NCBI GenBank assembly: GCA_964016885.1
Contig: OZ024745.1
Span: 1,240,001 to 1,304,000, forward strand
Direction of reading: 5' to 3'
From: Eledone cirrhosa
Taxonomy: Eukaryota
DNA: 64,000 bases
Shown here: in pieces, positions 25,156-38,231 of the stretch
How positions within the stretch are numbered: position 1 is the first letter of the stretch
Layout: the number at the start of each line of letters is the position of its first letter
The notes under the pieces: model-generated
The model's database searches: none
What the model was told of the DNA's origin: nothing
Seen by the model: the letters and a program-made list of their open reading frames with translations, nothing else
Program-made: the position numbers and the translations under genes

Positions 25156-25709
25156 TCTCCCAGGTGTTACAATCAGTAGATAGTTTCAACAATAGAAAGA
25201 CCAATGGAAACATTATTTCCTTAGTTTGATTCGAGGAGCTCCACTCCACTCAGTGAATGAGGTCTGGGGCCTTGTCGACTCTCTATACCCTTCTTAATGT
25301 CAACCATCTTACAAATCAAAATGTGTAGTTACTATTTATATTTTTCTGTTAAATTTTCTTTTTATTATACTAAAAACAAAAACCAACTATAATAGTTTTA
25401 AATAGTAAGTAAAGCTTTTCTAAGACAAAAAGTATTTTTACTTAAAAAAAAAATAGAAATTACATTATCACTTAGAATCTGAATTTTCATAATTATATGG
25501 CAGCATAGAAAATGGATGTAAAGCAATAAAGATGCTATGTGTGTATGTATATATATATATAAACAAATAGTTTATTGCTCTACATGACTGAATACATTAA
25601 ATGTAATCTGAGTTTTTCGAATAATATTCAATTCGTTTGCAATTATACAAACAGCCTCTTTAAAGCCATGTCAGTAGAATGACATGGCTTTAAACAGCAT
25701 GTAAACAGA

Positions 25710-25756
25710 ACTGCAGACACTAATGTTTCTGGGTGATTACCCTTCATCAGTACAGT
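25710..25756 (-). ncRNA. Type-I hammerhead motif with canonical core and GUC site
   Basis: actgta-CTGATGA-a-gggt(aatc)accc-a-GAAAC-attagt-GTC-tgcagt: 6-bp stem I, 4-bp stem II and a short stem III. Confidence 0.8.
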
Positions 25757-26555
25757 ATACCGCTTACCTGCCAACTGTCAGAGCTAGTGAAAATATATGA
25801 TATTTTCTAAAATATACAGTAACTGATTGGCCTGATTTGCATATCAGTCAGATCTGCATATTAGCAGATCCACTGATCAGCCAGATTTGCATATCAGCAG
25901 TTCCACTGATCAGCCAGATTTGCATATCAGCAGACTGGCCAGTCAGTTTTATGTATACTTGTGCCTAGTTTAAAAACAATAAAAGTTGTTGGTCAGTTGA
26001 ATTTCATTGTCAACAATAAGCATAGCTAATTACTGCTGTGCTGCTGCTGCTACTACTGCTACTACTACTTCCACCACCACTACTACTACATTACCATCAT
26101 CATCATAACCTAATGTTTTATGTAATAAAGCAGTGGCTATAATATTGAATCTCTCTCGATATGTTTCATATTGAGATGAAGGAATTGTGTCTTGGGCCGA
26201 AACACTGAACTCGATCACCTTTCAAAACAAAAAAATCAATATTAAATTTCAGAAATATATTATCTGTTTATTTTCTTTTTTATTTGTTTGTTTTTCAACT
26301 CCTTCTTATGCTATAAAATGGGACTGGCCTGTTTTAAAGGTCCCACAATTTTTAAACCTCACTTTATCTTTTATTTTACTTTACTGGTAGTTTCACTTTG
26401 TTGATATTCTGTAAAATATGGTAAGACTTTAATTATTCTCTATTATGATTTAATACATAAAATGTATCTCTATAAAAAAACACACAAAATACATTAAAAA
26501 CAAAATTAGAATTTGGTTTTTTGCTCTAATGTAGCAAATATGTAAATGCATTCGT

Positions 26556-26843
26556 AAGTTTTATATTCAATAATAATTGTTTCTACTTTTGGCACAAGGC
26601 CAGCAATTACCCAGTACATTACTGGTGCTTTATTTTATTGACCTCATGGGAAGGAAGGCAAAATAATTTGATTCATTTGCAAACGGCCTCATTACCCTAT
26701 GTTTTTTAGATAACCATCGCCATCATTTTGTTCTAGTGATGACACAGAGAAACAAAAGGATGGCAATGGTTATCTAAAAAACACAGCGTAATGAGGCTGT
26801 TCGCTTGCAAATGAATCGATTATTATTATTTGATATAAAACTC
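26556..26843. repeat. Foldback element with a SINE-B tail inserted in its left arm
   Basis: gattcatttgcaa..ttttttagataaccatcgccatc pairs with gatggcaatggttatctaaaaaa..ttgcaaatgaatc. Outer arms are agttttatat/atataaaact. Confidence 0.75.
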
Positions 26844-27954
26844 ACAAATATAAAATCATTGCTTCCTGGTTATTGTGTGATAATGAAAGGCTTATTTTTA
26901 TTAAAATTTATCCATCTGTCCCCTTCCAATTGAACACATTTTTTAAACAAGGGGAAAGAAAATGGCTGAATATTTGCATGAAAGATGACTGAAGGCCTTT
27001 AGTTTTGTTTCTTTAGATCACTTTTTATTTAAACTTTACATTTGTTGACTTTACTGTTCATCTTTTTCAATTGATAAAGTATTACTGGTATTGATTTGAT
27101 ATACCATATTGTTTTCCTTGACTTGTTACAATGCCAGATACAATACCTTGTGGTATTCATTCCAACTCTCTGCATTCAAATCCCACCAAGGTTAACTTCA
27201 ACTTTCATCCTTTTAAGGTCAATAACAAAGTACCAGTCCAGTACTGGAGTTGATTCTTCCACTGTAATTCTTTCTCGCTTCTTCTCTCTTCCTCTCACTC
27301 TCTTTCTCTAGAAGAAATCAGCTGCATTCAGATTTGGAGAAGGGATGGGCTCCACTAGGTTTAAAGTATCCAAGACACCCTGTATATTACAAGGGCACCC
27401 CTACAACTCTATCAAGAGTTATGGGTCCATACATACATTGCTTTCTACAAGAATTGGTTGGCCTAAATAAGGAACTGTTGCCATTGTTGTTATTACTTAA
27501 TAAACCCCAGGAAATAGCATTATATTTCTCAATAATCCAAATTGTCAGCTTCAATTCCCACATAGTTTTTCAACTTTTACTACTGCTGTTCCGAGTTTTA
27601 TAATTCTCATTTCCCATAATTTGAGGGCTTTTATCTACTTAAAAATATCTAATCATAGATAAACCCTAGCAATATTTTGCCCCTAAAAAAGACAATCTAT
27701 CTGATTAAACAATTTGTAGCCGTGTGGAATCTGATTTCAATTCTTAGTTACTGCAAATTCACTTCACTTGTGAAAAGAAAGTAAAAGGTTAGTACTATTA
27801 AAAAAGTGATTTCTTAAGAGTTAACTCTCACTGAAAACCAGTTGACTTTGCCCACATTACCATTGTAAGGGCTTCGGTGTTTTATACACCCATTCTTCAC
27901 CACCTTTTGCTAAAATAAGAAATTGATATTTTAGTTAAATATTTCTTATTACAA

Positions 27955-30235
27955 GAGAGTTAGTAAACCTTGTGTTCGTTGAAACAGTTGATATGATATA
28001 TTGTGTGAGAGTTAGTATGCCTTGTGTTCGTTGAAACAGTTGATATGATATATTGTGTGAGAGTTAGTAAGCCTTGTGTTAGTTGAAACAGTTGATATGA
28101 TATATTGTGTGAGAGTTAGTAAACCTTGTGTTAGTTGAAACAGTTGATATGATATATTGTGTGAGAGTTAGTAAGCCTTGTCTTAGTTGAAACAGTTGAT
28201 ATGATATATTGTGTGAGAGTTAGTAAGCCTTGTGTTCGTTGAAACAGTTGATATGATATATTGTGTGAGAGTTAGTATGCCTTGTGTTAGTTGAAACAGT
28301 TGATATGATATATTGTGTGAGAGTTAGTAAGCCTTGTCTTAGTTGAAACAGTTGATATGATATATTGTGTGAGAGTTAGTAAACCTTGTGTTAGTTGAAA
28401 CAGTTGATATGATATATTGTGTGAGAGTTAGTAAACCTTGTGTTAGTTGAAACAGTTGATATGATATATTGTGTGAGAGTTAGTAAACCTTGTGTTAGTT
28501 GAAACAGTTGATATGATATATTGTGTGAGAGTTAGTAAGCCTTGTGTTAGTTGAAACAGTTGATATGATATATTGTGTGAGAGTTAGTAAGCCTTGTCTT
28601 AGTTGAAACAGTTGATATGATATATTGTGTGAGAGTTAGTAAGCCTTGTGTTCGTTGAAACAGTTGATATGATATATTGTGTGAGAGTTAGTATGCCTTG
28701 TGTTCGTTGAAACAGTTGATATGATATATTGTGTGAGAGTTAGTAAGCCTTGTGTTCGTTGAAACAGTTGATATGATATATTGTGTGAGAGTTAGTAAAC
28801 CTTGTGTTAGTTGAAACAGTTGATATGATATATTGTGTGAGAGTTAGTAAGCCTTGTGTTCGTTGAAACAGTTGATATGATATATTGTGTGAGAGTTAGT
28901 AAACCTTGTGTTAGTTGAAACAGTTGATATGATATATTGTGTGAGAGTTAGTAAACCTTGTGTTAGTTGAAACAGTTGATATGATATATTGTGTGAGAGT
29001 TAGTAAACCTTGTGTTAGTTGAAACAGTTGATATGATATATTGTGTGAGAGTTAGTAAGCCTTGTGTTAGTTGAAACAGTTGATATGATATATTGTGTGA
29101 GAGTTAGTAAACCTTGTCTTAGTTGAAACAGTTGATATGATATATTGTGTGAGAGTTAGTAAACCTTGTGTTAGTTGAAACAGTTGATAAGATATATTGT
29201 GTGAGAGTTAGTAAACCTTGTGTTAGTTGAAACAGTTGATATGATATATTGTGTGAGAGTTAGTAAACCTTGTGTTAGTTGAAACAGTTGATATGATATA
29301 TTGTGTGAGAGTTAGTAAACCTCGTTAGTTGAAACAGTTGATATGATATATTGTGTGAGAGTTAGTAAACCTTGTGTTAGTTGAAACAGTTGATATGATA
29401 TATTGTGTGAGAGTTAGTAAACCTTGTATTAGTTGAAACAGTTGATATGATATATTGTGTGAGAGTTAGTAAGCCTTGTGTTCGTTGAAACAGTTGATAT
29501 GATATATTGTGTGAGAGTTAGTAAGCCTTGTGTTCGTTGAAACAGTTGATATGATATATTGTGTGAGAGTTAGTAAACCTTGTGTTAGTTGAAACAGTTG
29601 ATATGATATATTGTGTGAGAGTTAGTAAACCTTGTGTTAGTTGAAACAGTTGATATGATATATTGTGTGAGAGTTAGTAAGCCTTGTGTTAGTTGAAACA
29701 GTTGATATGATATATTGTGTGAGAGTTAGTAAACCTTGTGTTAGTTGAAACAGTTGATATGATATATTGTGTGAGAGTTAGTAAACCTTGTGTTAGTTGA
29801 AACAGTTGATATGATATATTGTGTGAGAGTTAGTAAACCTTGTGTTAGTTGAAACAGTTGATATGATATATTGTGTGAGAGTTAGTAAACCTTGTGTTAG
29901 TTGAAACAGTTGATATGATATATTGTGTGAGAGTTAGTAAACCTTGTCTTAGTTGAAACAGTTGATATGATATATTGTGTGAGATTTAGTAAACCTTGTG
30001 TTAGTTGAAACAGTTGATATGATATATTGTGTGAGAGTTAGTAAACCTTGTGTTAGTTGAAACAGTTGATATGATATATTGTGTGAGAGTTAGTAAACCT
30101 TGTGTTAGTTGAAACAGTTGATATGATATATTGTGTGAGAGTTAGTAAGCCTTGTGTTAGTTGAAACAGTTGATATGATATATTGTGTGAGAGTTAGTAA
30201 ACCTTGTGTTAGTTGAAACAGTTGATATGATATAT
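27955..30235. repeat. Satellite array, 52-bp unit, about 44 copies
   Basis: Unit gtgagagttagtaa(a/g)ccttgtgtt(a/c)gttgaaacagttgatatgatatattgt, with no unique spacers. Confidence 0.97.
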
Positions 30236-31351
30236 GAAATATTTCAATGAACTTGACACTGACACATAAGACATTTGGATTCTGTTTCAAGGTGGTTTTT
30301 TTTACCTTCTTTTTAATTGATTATGTTATTTTTTATTTTTGTAGTTTATCTTTTTTTTTTTATAAAAACAGATGTTACAGAGATTTGAGCTCTGATTAAC
30401 TTTTCCATTTCTATTTGCATTTATACATAATGCTATACAAATACTAGACACATACACAACACCTTCATACATACATACACACATATATACATACATACTC
30501 ACATATATATACATACAGACACACACACACTAGAAACATGTAAACATACAAGCCATATTCATACATTCAATCTTACTGTTTAAATACAGGGTGCCCACAA
30601 AAACACTCATTGATTTCAAATACCTATAATATGAAAACTTAAAGGAATATTCTTACAATATTGGTGGCTACAATTGCATAAACTAACAAAGTTTCATGTG
30701 GTATTGGTTGATATCATAGATACTTGATGTCTGCCCCTTTTGTTGCTCGGCAAACATCAATGTAATAATCAAGCTTGGAGTGTTTTTGTGGTTTCCCTGA
30801 ATATCTCAACCTTCAATTTGTCTATTTTGCCATCAAACATTGTGTGATATTTATGGTGTATTTTTGTAATTTTAAAACCTTTAAATTTACTGGAATTTGG
30901 TCGTTTTTGTGTTAACATGAATTTTTTTATAAATTCTGAATACATCCAAATTTTCCACCTAAAATTCTAATAATTTCTCCAAATAATGCATTAAAGTTCT
31001 GTGGGATATTGTGATTGGTGTTGCAGGTAATAAAATGGTGAATGAAATACCTTTGGGTATGTAATTATGTCCCTTTACATTATGAGTTCAAATCCCACCG
31101 ACGTCAACTTGGCTTTTTATTCTTTAGGGGACTCGATAAAACAAGTATCAATTAGGTACTGGGGTCAATTTTATTGATTATTTCTTTCTCCAAATTTCTG
31201 GCCTTGTGCCTATGTTAGAAAAATATTAATTTGCTTTAGTAGAATATTTTCATAGATAAGGTTTGTCGTTTGTCACTAAAATTAACATGCTAGGGATAGT
31301 GTTGGTGAGAATCAGATTTGAATTAAACATTGAAGTTGTGCTTGTTGTTTG

Positions 31352-31490
31352 GGAGATGAAATAGATACCAGTGTTGTAAGTGGGGAGTGAGATGAAGTAG
31401 ATACCAGTGTTGTAAGTGGGAGTGAGATGAAGTAGATACCAGTGTTGTAAGTGGAGGGGATTGAAATAGATACCAGTGTTGTAAGTGGGG
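31352..31490. repeat. Minisatellite, about 36-bp unit x4
   Basis: tagataccagtgttgtaagtgg occurs four times. Confidence 0.85.
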
Positions 31491-32752
31491 CGGGGGGGGG
31501 GATAAAGTGTGATGTGTGATTTTCAAGTTTTTTCATGCAACAAAGATCACAAATATGAGGCCCACCTTCCCCTCTCACATTTTACCATTATCTTCCTTTT
31601 GTCTCATTTTCCTCTACTCTATCATCCATACATCATATATATGTGTTCCAATGTCCATCAAGTTCTGGTGGACACGGTTGATATTTGTAACCCTGTAAAT
31701 TCTCTATCAATTCTATAAACATGTCTTTAATAAAGAGAGATTCTCTACACATCCCACCTCTCAGTTCCTCCTCCTATCTTAATTCATTGTCAAAGATGGA
31801 GCAACAATATATTGCAGCCTTTCACTCCATAAATCAATGCTATATAAAACTGGAATCTTCGTTTGGAATCGGTAAAATGGTTTATGATTAATTCAATTTT
31901 TTTTCATTTTTCTTTGTTTTATTTTGTTTGTTTCTCTGAATTGTTTCGTTTTTTTTTGGAGGGGAGGGGTGTTATTTCAACATTTGTTTTTTTTTTTAAT
32001 CATTGTAAATCTTAATATTTATAAATTTAGAATATTTTAAAAAAAGAAATAAAATTTGGGTTGTTATATTTCGTTTTCTTTTGTTCTTTTTCTGTATTCC
32101 TTTCTTTATCTTTATTTTCCTTTCTGTTGTAATTTCATCTAAAATCTTGAAGATAATGGATGGAGCATTGCGACAGAAATATTGCTGATCACAATACTTA
32201 ATCTCTGTAAGTCAGCCACTACCATATCCATGTTACCACCCCAGCCACTACCATATCCATGTTCCCACCCCAGCCACCATCTCTGTAAGTCAGCCACTTC
32301 AAATTAAGAACTGGATAATTTACTAATTATATTTCATATATTTGTAAGATATGACAAGTTGTGAAGGACAACTTGAAAAACAGTGAACACCAAGAGATGA
32401 TAGAAGACCAAACTGACTGGTGATATAATACACTTACTCTCCTCTACTGTCACACTAAATGTAAAGGAAGTGACCAGAAGTTACTGTATTGCGGATTCAA
32501 CGGAAACAGTGTTCGGTTTAAGGGGATCCTTCAGTCTGGAGGAGCATGTAATACACTTTTTAAGGCTGATGTTACAATAAAATGTACGCTGTACATCCTA
32601 TAAAAAGTTAGTGTTGTTATATTATAAAGAGTCGGGTCTTTATAATATACTCTACTACCCCAAATATTGAGTAATGGTCTAACTAGTTTCAAACTGAATC
32701 CATCCTGACATATATATATCATCATCATCGTTTAACACCCATCTTCCATGCT

Positions 32753-32791
<39 letters not shown>

Positions 32792-32799
32792 GCTATCAA

Positions 32800-34500
32800 A
32801 CCTGGACACAATGCAGTAATAGATCACGGACTGGCAACTCAAGCCGGCTGTGGACAAGTGTACCACCATGCAGTTTGGGAATAAAAACCCAGCATCCACA
32901 ACACAAGAAGTCTTCTTGTGAACGTGACCTGGGCATTACTGTCAGCTGCGATTTGCGTTGGACAAAGCGCATCTTAAAACTGTCAAGAAGGCCGATGGTG
33001 TCTTAGCATCACTCAGTAAGACCTTTGTCAGCCGCTCTCCAGCTATCTATTTAAAGTTGTATATAGCTATGATGTGGCCACACTTAGAATTTGCATCACC
33101 AATCTTGCTCAGAACATTGTCCTCTTGGAAATGCAACCAAGCGAATACCTTTCATCAAGCATCTACCATACTCTGAACGCCTTGTTTCCCTGGGCATGGA
33201 TACATTGAAGCTCCAACGTCTGGCAACTGACTTGGTAAACACCCACAAAATTATTAACCATCTTGCCAACAACAACCCTGAGCACCTTTTTGAATTCCAT
33301 GTGTCTAACACACGTGGACATGCCTACAAAGTCAGACAACAGCACAGTTACCATGACTTTCGGAAACATTTTTATACGCTCAGAGTTGCTGAAGCATGGA
33401 ACAAACTACCTGCATCAGTTGTTAGCTGTCGAGACACTGCATCATTTAAAACCTCCATGGAACAAACTACCTGCATCAGTTGTTAGCTGTTGAGACACTG
33501 CATCATTTAAAACCTCCATGGAACAAACTACCTGCATCAGTTGTTAGCTGTCGAGACACTGCATCCTTTAAAACCTCCATGGAACAAACTACCTGCATCA
33601 GTTGTTAGCTGTCGAGACACTGCATCATTTAAAACCTCCATGGAACAAACTACCTGCATCAGTTGTTAGCTGTTGAGACACTGCATCATTTAAAACCTCC
33701 ATGGAACAAACTACCTGCATCAGTTGTTAGCTGTTGAGACACTGCATCATTTAAAACCTCCATGGAACAAACTACCTGCATCAGTTGTTAGCTGTCGAGA
33801 CACTGCATCCTTTAAAACCTCCATGGAACAAACTACCTACATCAGTTATTAGCTGTCGAGACACTGCATCCTTTAAAACCTCCATGGAACAAACTACCTA
33901 CATCAGTTATTAGCTGTCGAGACACTGAATCCTTTAAAACCTCCATGGAACAAACTACCTACATCAGTTGTTAGCTGTCGAGACACTGCATCCTTTAAAA
34001 CCTCCATGGAACAAACTACCTGCATCAGTTGTTAGCTGTTGAGACACTGCATCATTTAAAACCTCCATGGAACAAACTACCTGCATCAGTTGTTAGCTGT
34101 CGAGACACTGCATCCTTTAAAACCTCCATGGAACAAACTACCTGCATCAGTTGTTAGCTGTTGAGACACTGCATCCTTTAAAACCTCCATGGAACAAACT
34201 ACCTGCATCAGTTGTTAGCTGTCGAGACACTGCATCCTTTAAAACCTCCATGGAACAAACTACCTGCATCAGTTGTTAGCTGTCGAGACACTGCATCCTT
34301 TAAAACCTCCATGCTTCCTGAAATTCGCCAACACTACACCTGATATTCCCCCTCCATAGACGCGCACACATGTATATCATGACTCATACACTGTTCACTT
34401 TCCTGACATTTGTACATTATTCTATGTACTATACATGTACCTTTGATGAGTTGTAGTGTACCTAAGCACTGTATGCATTTATTTCATTATTATTATTATT
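32800..34500 (+). mobile_element. CR1/L2-group LINE 3' fragment with an internal tandem amplification and (TTA)n tail
   Basis: ORF 33091 motifs YSERLVSLG, TRGHAYK and LRVAEAWNKLP. Same family as 3186-4433. Confidence 0.88.
33395..34313. repeat. 61-bp x15 tandem array derived from the LINE ORF2 end
   Basis: Unit catggaacaaactacctgcatcagttgttagctgtcgagacactgcatc(a/c)tttaaaacctc. It is single-copy in the other family members. Confidence 0.95.
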
Positions 34501-34773
34501 ATACATATATGTACATATATGCACATGCTCACACACATTCCAGGGCATACGTCCATGTGTACTTGTATCTCTTGAGTAGGTGTCTGGGTTGAGGTGGCAC
34601 TCAGTGCCGTGGCTGGGATGCCGTCTCTGTTGAATGTTTCCTAACATTTATTCCATTCATCTCCATGCACGTAGTGACTTCACACTTTCTAGCTTAGTCA
34701 TTTACAATTATACCATCATGTCATATCTGAAGCTAAGTAGCTTCTCTTATTACCATACCACGTATTGAAATAT

Positions 34774-35882
34774 CTAAGGCAGGTAAAATTCCCGAGGACC
34801 ATGGACGAGTTCTCTCCAGCGGTCTCTGTCCCTCATTATCGCTGCCATGTCCTGCGTCTCCAACAGATCAGTGTCTGTCCTTAGGGCATCAACATACATT
34901 AACCTTGGTCTTCCTCTTCCAGTGTGTCCATGTAGGGGCTCCCACAGGAGCACTGAGTGCAATGCCAACTCTGGATGTCATCAAAGGTACATGTATAGTA
35001 CATAGAATAATGTACAAATGTCAGGAAAGTGAACAGTGTGTGAGTCATGATATACATGTGTGCGTGTGTATGGAGGGGAATATTAGGTGTAGTGTTGGCG
35101 AATTTCAGGAAGCTTGGAGGTTTTAAAGGATGCAGTGTCTCGACAGTCATTACACCTGATGGGATGACAGAGTTCTTTGAGATACTGGCTGGAGTGCTCC
35201 AGGGAGATACATTGGCTCCCTACCTTTTTATCATCGTAGTGGACTATTGTATGCGCCTTGCACTGGAGAAACATCAGGACTCTGGCTTTATTGTAGCACC
35301 GGCTCAGAGCAGGAGAGTTAAGGCGAAAAAGGTATCAGATGCTGAAGTTGCCGACGACATAGTTTTGGTGACAAATACAGTGAAGAAGGCAGAGGATTTG
35401 ATGCAGGAGGTTGAGACTGTGTCGATGAGTGTGGGGCTGAGAATGAATGAGACTAAAACAAAATATCTGGTAGAGAATGTTGAGAAGCCAGAGGGGATCA
35501 CTAATCCGCTAGAATTGGTTGAGGGCTTCCTGTATTTGGGAGCAAAGATTGGGAATACGGAAGATGATGTGGTTGAGAGGAAGAGCAAAGCCTGGGCGGC
35601 GTGCCACAGCTTGAGATCGGTGTGGAAGTCGGACCTTCGTAAAGACCTGAAAATCCGCCTCTTCATTGCTGTAGTGGAGTCTGTGCTGCTGTACGGGTCT
35701 GAGACTTGGACACTGACCAAGAAACTCACTCAGATGGTGGATGGGTGCTACACGAGAATGCTGAGGATGGCTCTGAACATTAATCAGTATACACTGAGGA
35801 TGAAAAACTCAGAGCTGTATGGGAGCCTCCCAAAAGTCAGCTCAAAAGTGACACAGAGGAGACTGAGGTTAGCTGGACATTG
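34774..35882. mobile_element. RTE-clade LINE insertion, 5'-truncated and 5'-inverted, with 10-bp TSD ATTGAAATAT
   Basis: The + piece 35147-35882 encodes GVLQGDTLAPYLF..ADD..FLYLG..LLYGSETW..RRLRLAGH. The - piece 34977-34774 continues HPELALHSVLLWEP..GRGRPR..DRDRWR*. TSD copies at 34764-34773 and 35879-35888. Confidence 0.9.
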
Positions 35883-36229
35883 AAATATAAAAGCAACAAT
35901 CATATTCACTACCGCCTCCTCTCTACACAGCCTCTCTCGGCTGCTACTCTCTGTGTGTGTTTGTATATGTAGAAATTCATACATATATTTTTGTACACCT
36001 CTGTGTTGTTCAGTTCATATTCACACATCCACACTTTCACAGCAGCCAGCCTGTCATGGTCCAACACCTACAAGCGTGCACACATATATACATGAATGCA
36101 TATACCCATGTTCTCCTCCACAGACAATGATTACCTCCCTTCTTAAACCTCTCAAACACATCAGATACCCCTCAAAAGTGATTGACTGAATAAGCACGTC
36201 TTTTTTCCCTGTTCCTTCCTCCTCTCACT

Positions 36230-36905
36230 CTCTATCTTTTATTTTGAAAATGTGTGTTGGTGTCTTGTGTGATGTTGTCGCTCCATATTTGCTTCCGCAT
36301 CTCTTTATTGATCTTTTTCCAGTTAGCCTTGTAGAAGTTAAGGCTGGATAAGTTCCCAGTGCTTCTTGATGGTTGCGTCTCTGTTGACTCTCTCGGACCA
36401 CATATCATTAGTTCTACTAAGTTATGATCCGAGAAAATCGTTGGTGTCACCTTTACATTGTGGCTGAGCACTGTGTGTTTGTAAAGCAGAGATGCAAGAC
36501 ATTCTTGCCTCTTGTTGGGAGAAGTACTGCTTATTCCATGAATTGCCTCTGTGTGAGGTCCAGCAGGGACTCCGTCTATCTCTGTTCTAGTGATGTCATT
36601 CTCGGGAGGAGGTGGCCCTCAGGTCATTTGACCTTTGGCAGGTTAAAGTCTCTTAGCAGCAGAATGTTGAATCCCTGGTCTAATTTGTCAAGGACCTCTT
36701 CTACCCTTTTGAGGCTATCCTCAAATTTACCCTCATGACTGGGGGCATCGGGCGGCCGATATGTGACACATATTACCGTTTTTAGTTGCTTCATATGTAC
36801 TGTCAGTGTGTCACAGACTGAGTTTGAATTTGTCAACAGTACAATTGGTGTGACATCTTCACGGATACACAGAGCAACCCCACCATGAGTTCTCTCCTTC
36901 CTATC
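36230..36905 (-). mobile_element. LINE APE-endonuclease pseudogene fragment (CR1/L2/Jockey group)
   Basis: Motifs DR..GGVAL, YRPPD, DFNLP and SDHNLV in ORFs 36624 and 36232, broken by stops. Confidence 0.8.
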
Positions 36906-37755
36906 TGAAAGAAATACAGTATACATATATATACATATGTATGTATTTATAAAATCAAGCACATAAAATGTTGTAAACATCTGGAATAGCAGCTACTTCT
37001 GGTGACTGGATGTTTAAAAGTAGATAAATAAAATAAAATAATAACTGATGTAAGGGAGATAAGTCTGGGTAATCAGCTTCCTTTCTCTGGCTTTTTATAA
37101 ATTAATATACTGGGTTTTCTGAACTATTATACATACATCTTGAATAACACAACTAAAACTATTTCCCCCTTCTATCAGCTAGCTTATATATATTACATTA
37201 TACTTTACATTACTTTTTTCTATTATTAGCTAAATAAGTTTATGATCTAGGCATGGCACAATTCCCTGTCACATAAGTTAACTTTCCATATCTACTTCTT
37301 CACACACCTAAGAGGGTCGTGGTGGCAGAGTCCTCAAACACTCCCTCCAGCGGGTCCTGTCAGAAGCAACCAACTGATCCCCAAGTGAGATCAGCCAAAC
37401 TTTACATATCTGATCTGCGTAAAACTTGTTTGGAAAGGAACATTACCAAATTCTCTGATCACACAGACTTATTTCCTTGTTTATTGTTATGAAAAAAAAC
37501 TGATTACTATCAGCTAATCTGGATGTTTGTGAAATTCTATATGGCTGACAGACAACTCTGAAAAAAAATAAAAATATAGTGACAGAGATTGATAGGTAGA
37601 TAGATGTGTACTATTAACAATGTAGACTATGAAACTATTAGCTCTATAACCATAATATTTGACAATAACTGTGTTAAAATATTGTTGAAATATATAACCT
37701 ACATCTATGTTAACATATTGATTGCTAATTTTTTTTACAATACAATATCACTCTC

Positions 37756-37799
<44 letters not shown>

Positions 37800-37829
37800 G
37801 TACATATATATGCATGTCTGTGTGCATAA

Positions 37830-37871
<42 letters not shown>

Positions 37872-38231
37872 CCATAATGAGATACGCTTCCAATATATAC
37901 AGAGAAAAAGTAGACAAAAACTCCAAGACCAAAATACTTATATTCAAAGTGTGCATAGATATATTCTCAGCAATAATTTTTAAATATTTTCCTTCAGATT
38001 GATATTTTAATTTTCATAAGAATCTACACACACGCATAAATGCATAAATACAAACATAAATACATACATGCATACCTACACACATACATAAATACAAACA
38101 TACATATATACATACATTCAAATATATTTACATACATACATACACACATATATATACATTATGTTTATTATTTTATATCTCATAAAAGCCACTATTTCAA
38201 TATTTACACCAAGTTTCTTGCTGTGAAGCCA

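Noticed and set aside
27955-30235. CRISPR-like appearance (units contain GTTGAAAC); the arrays at 19206 and 55741 were also considered
   Set aside because: Whole units repeat with no unique spacers, there are no cas genes, and the context is eukaryotic.
35047-35883. 278-aa ORF as a functional reverse transcriptase
   Set aside because: It is chimeric. The N-terminus is antisense CR1-like filler, the RT is truncated at both ends, and the stop comes from the TSD.
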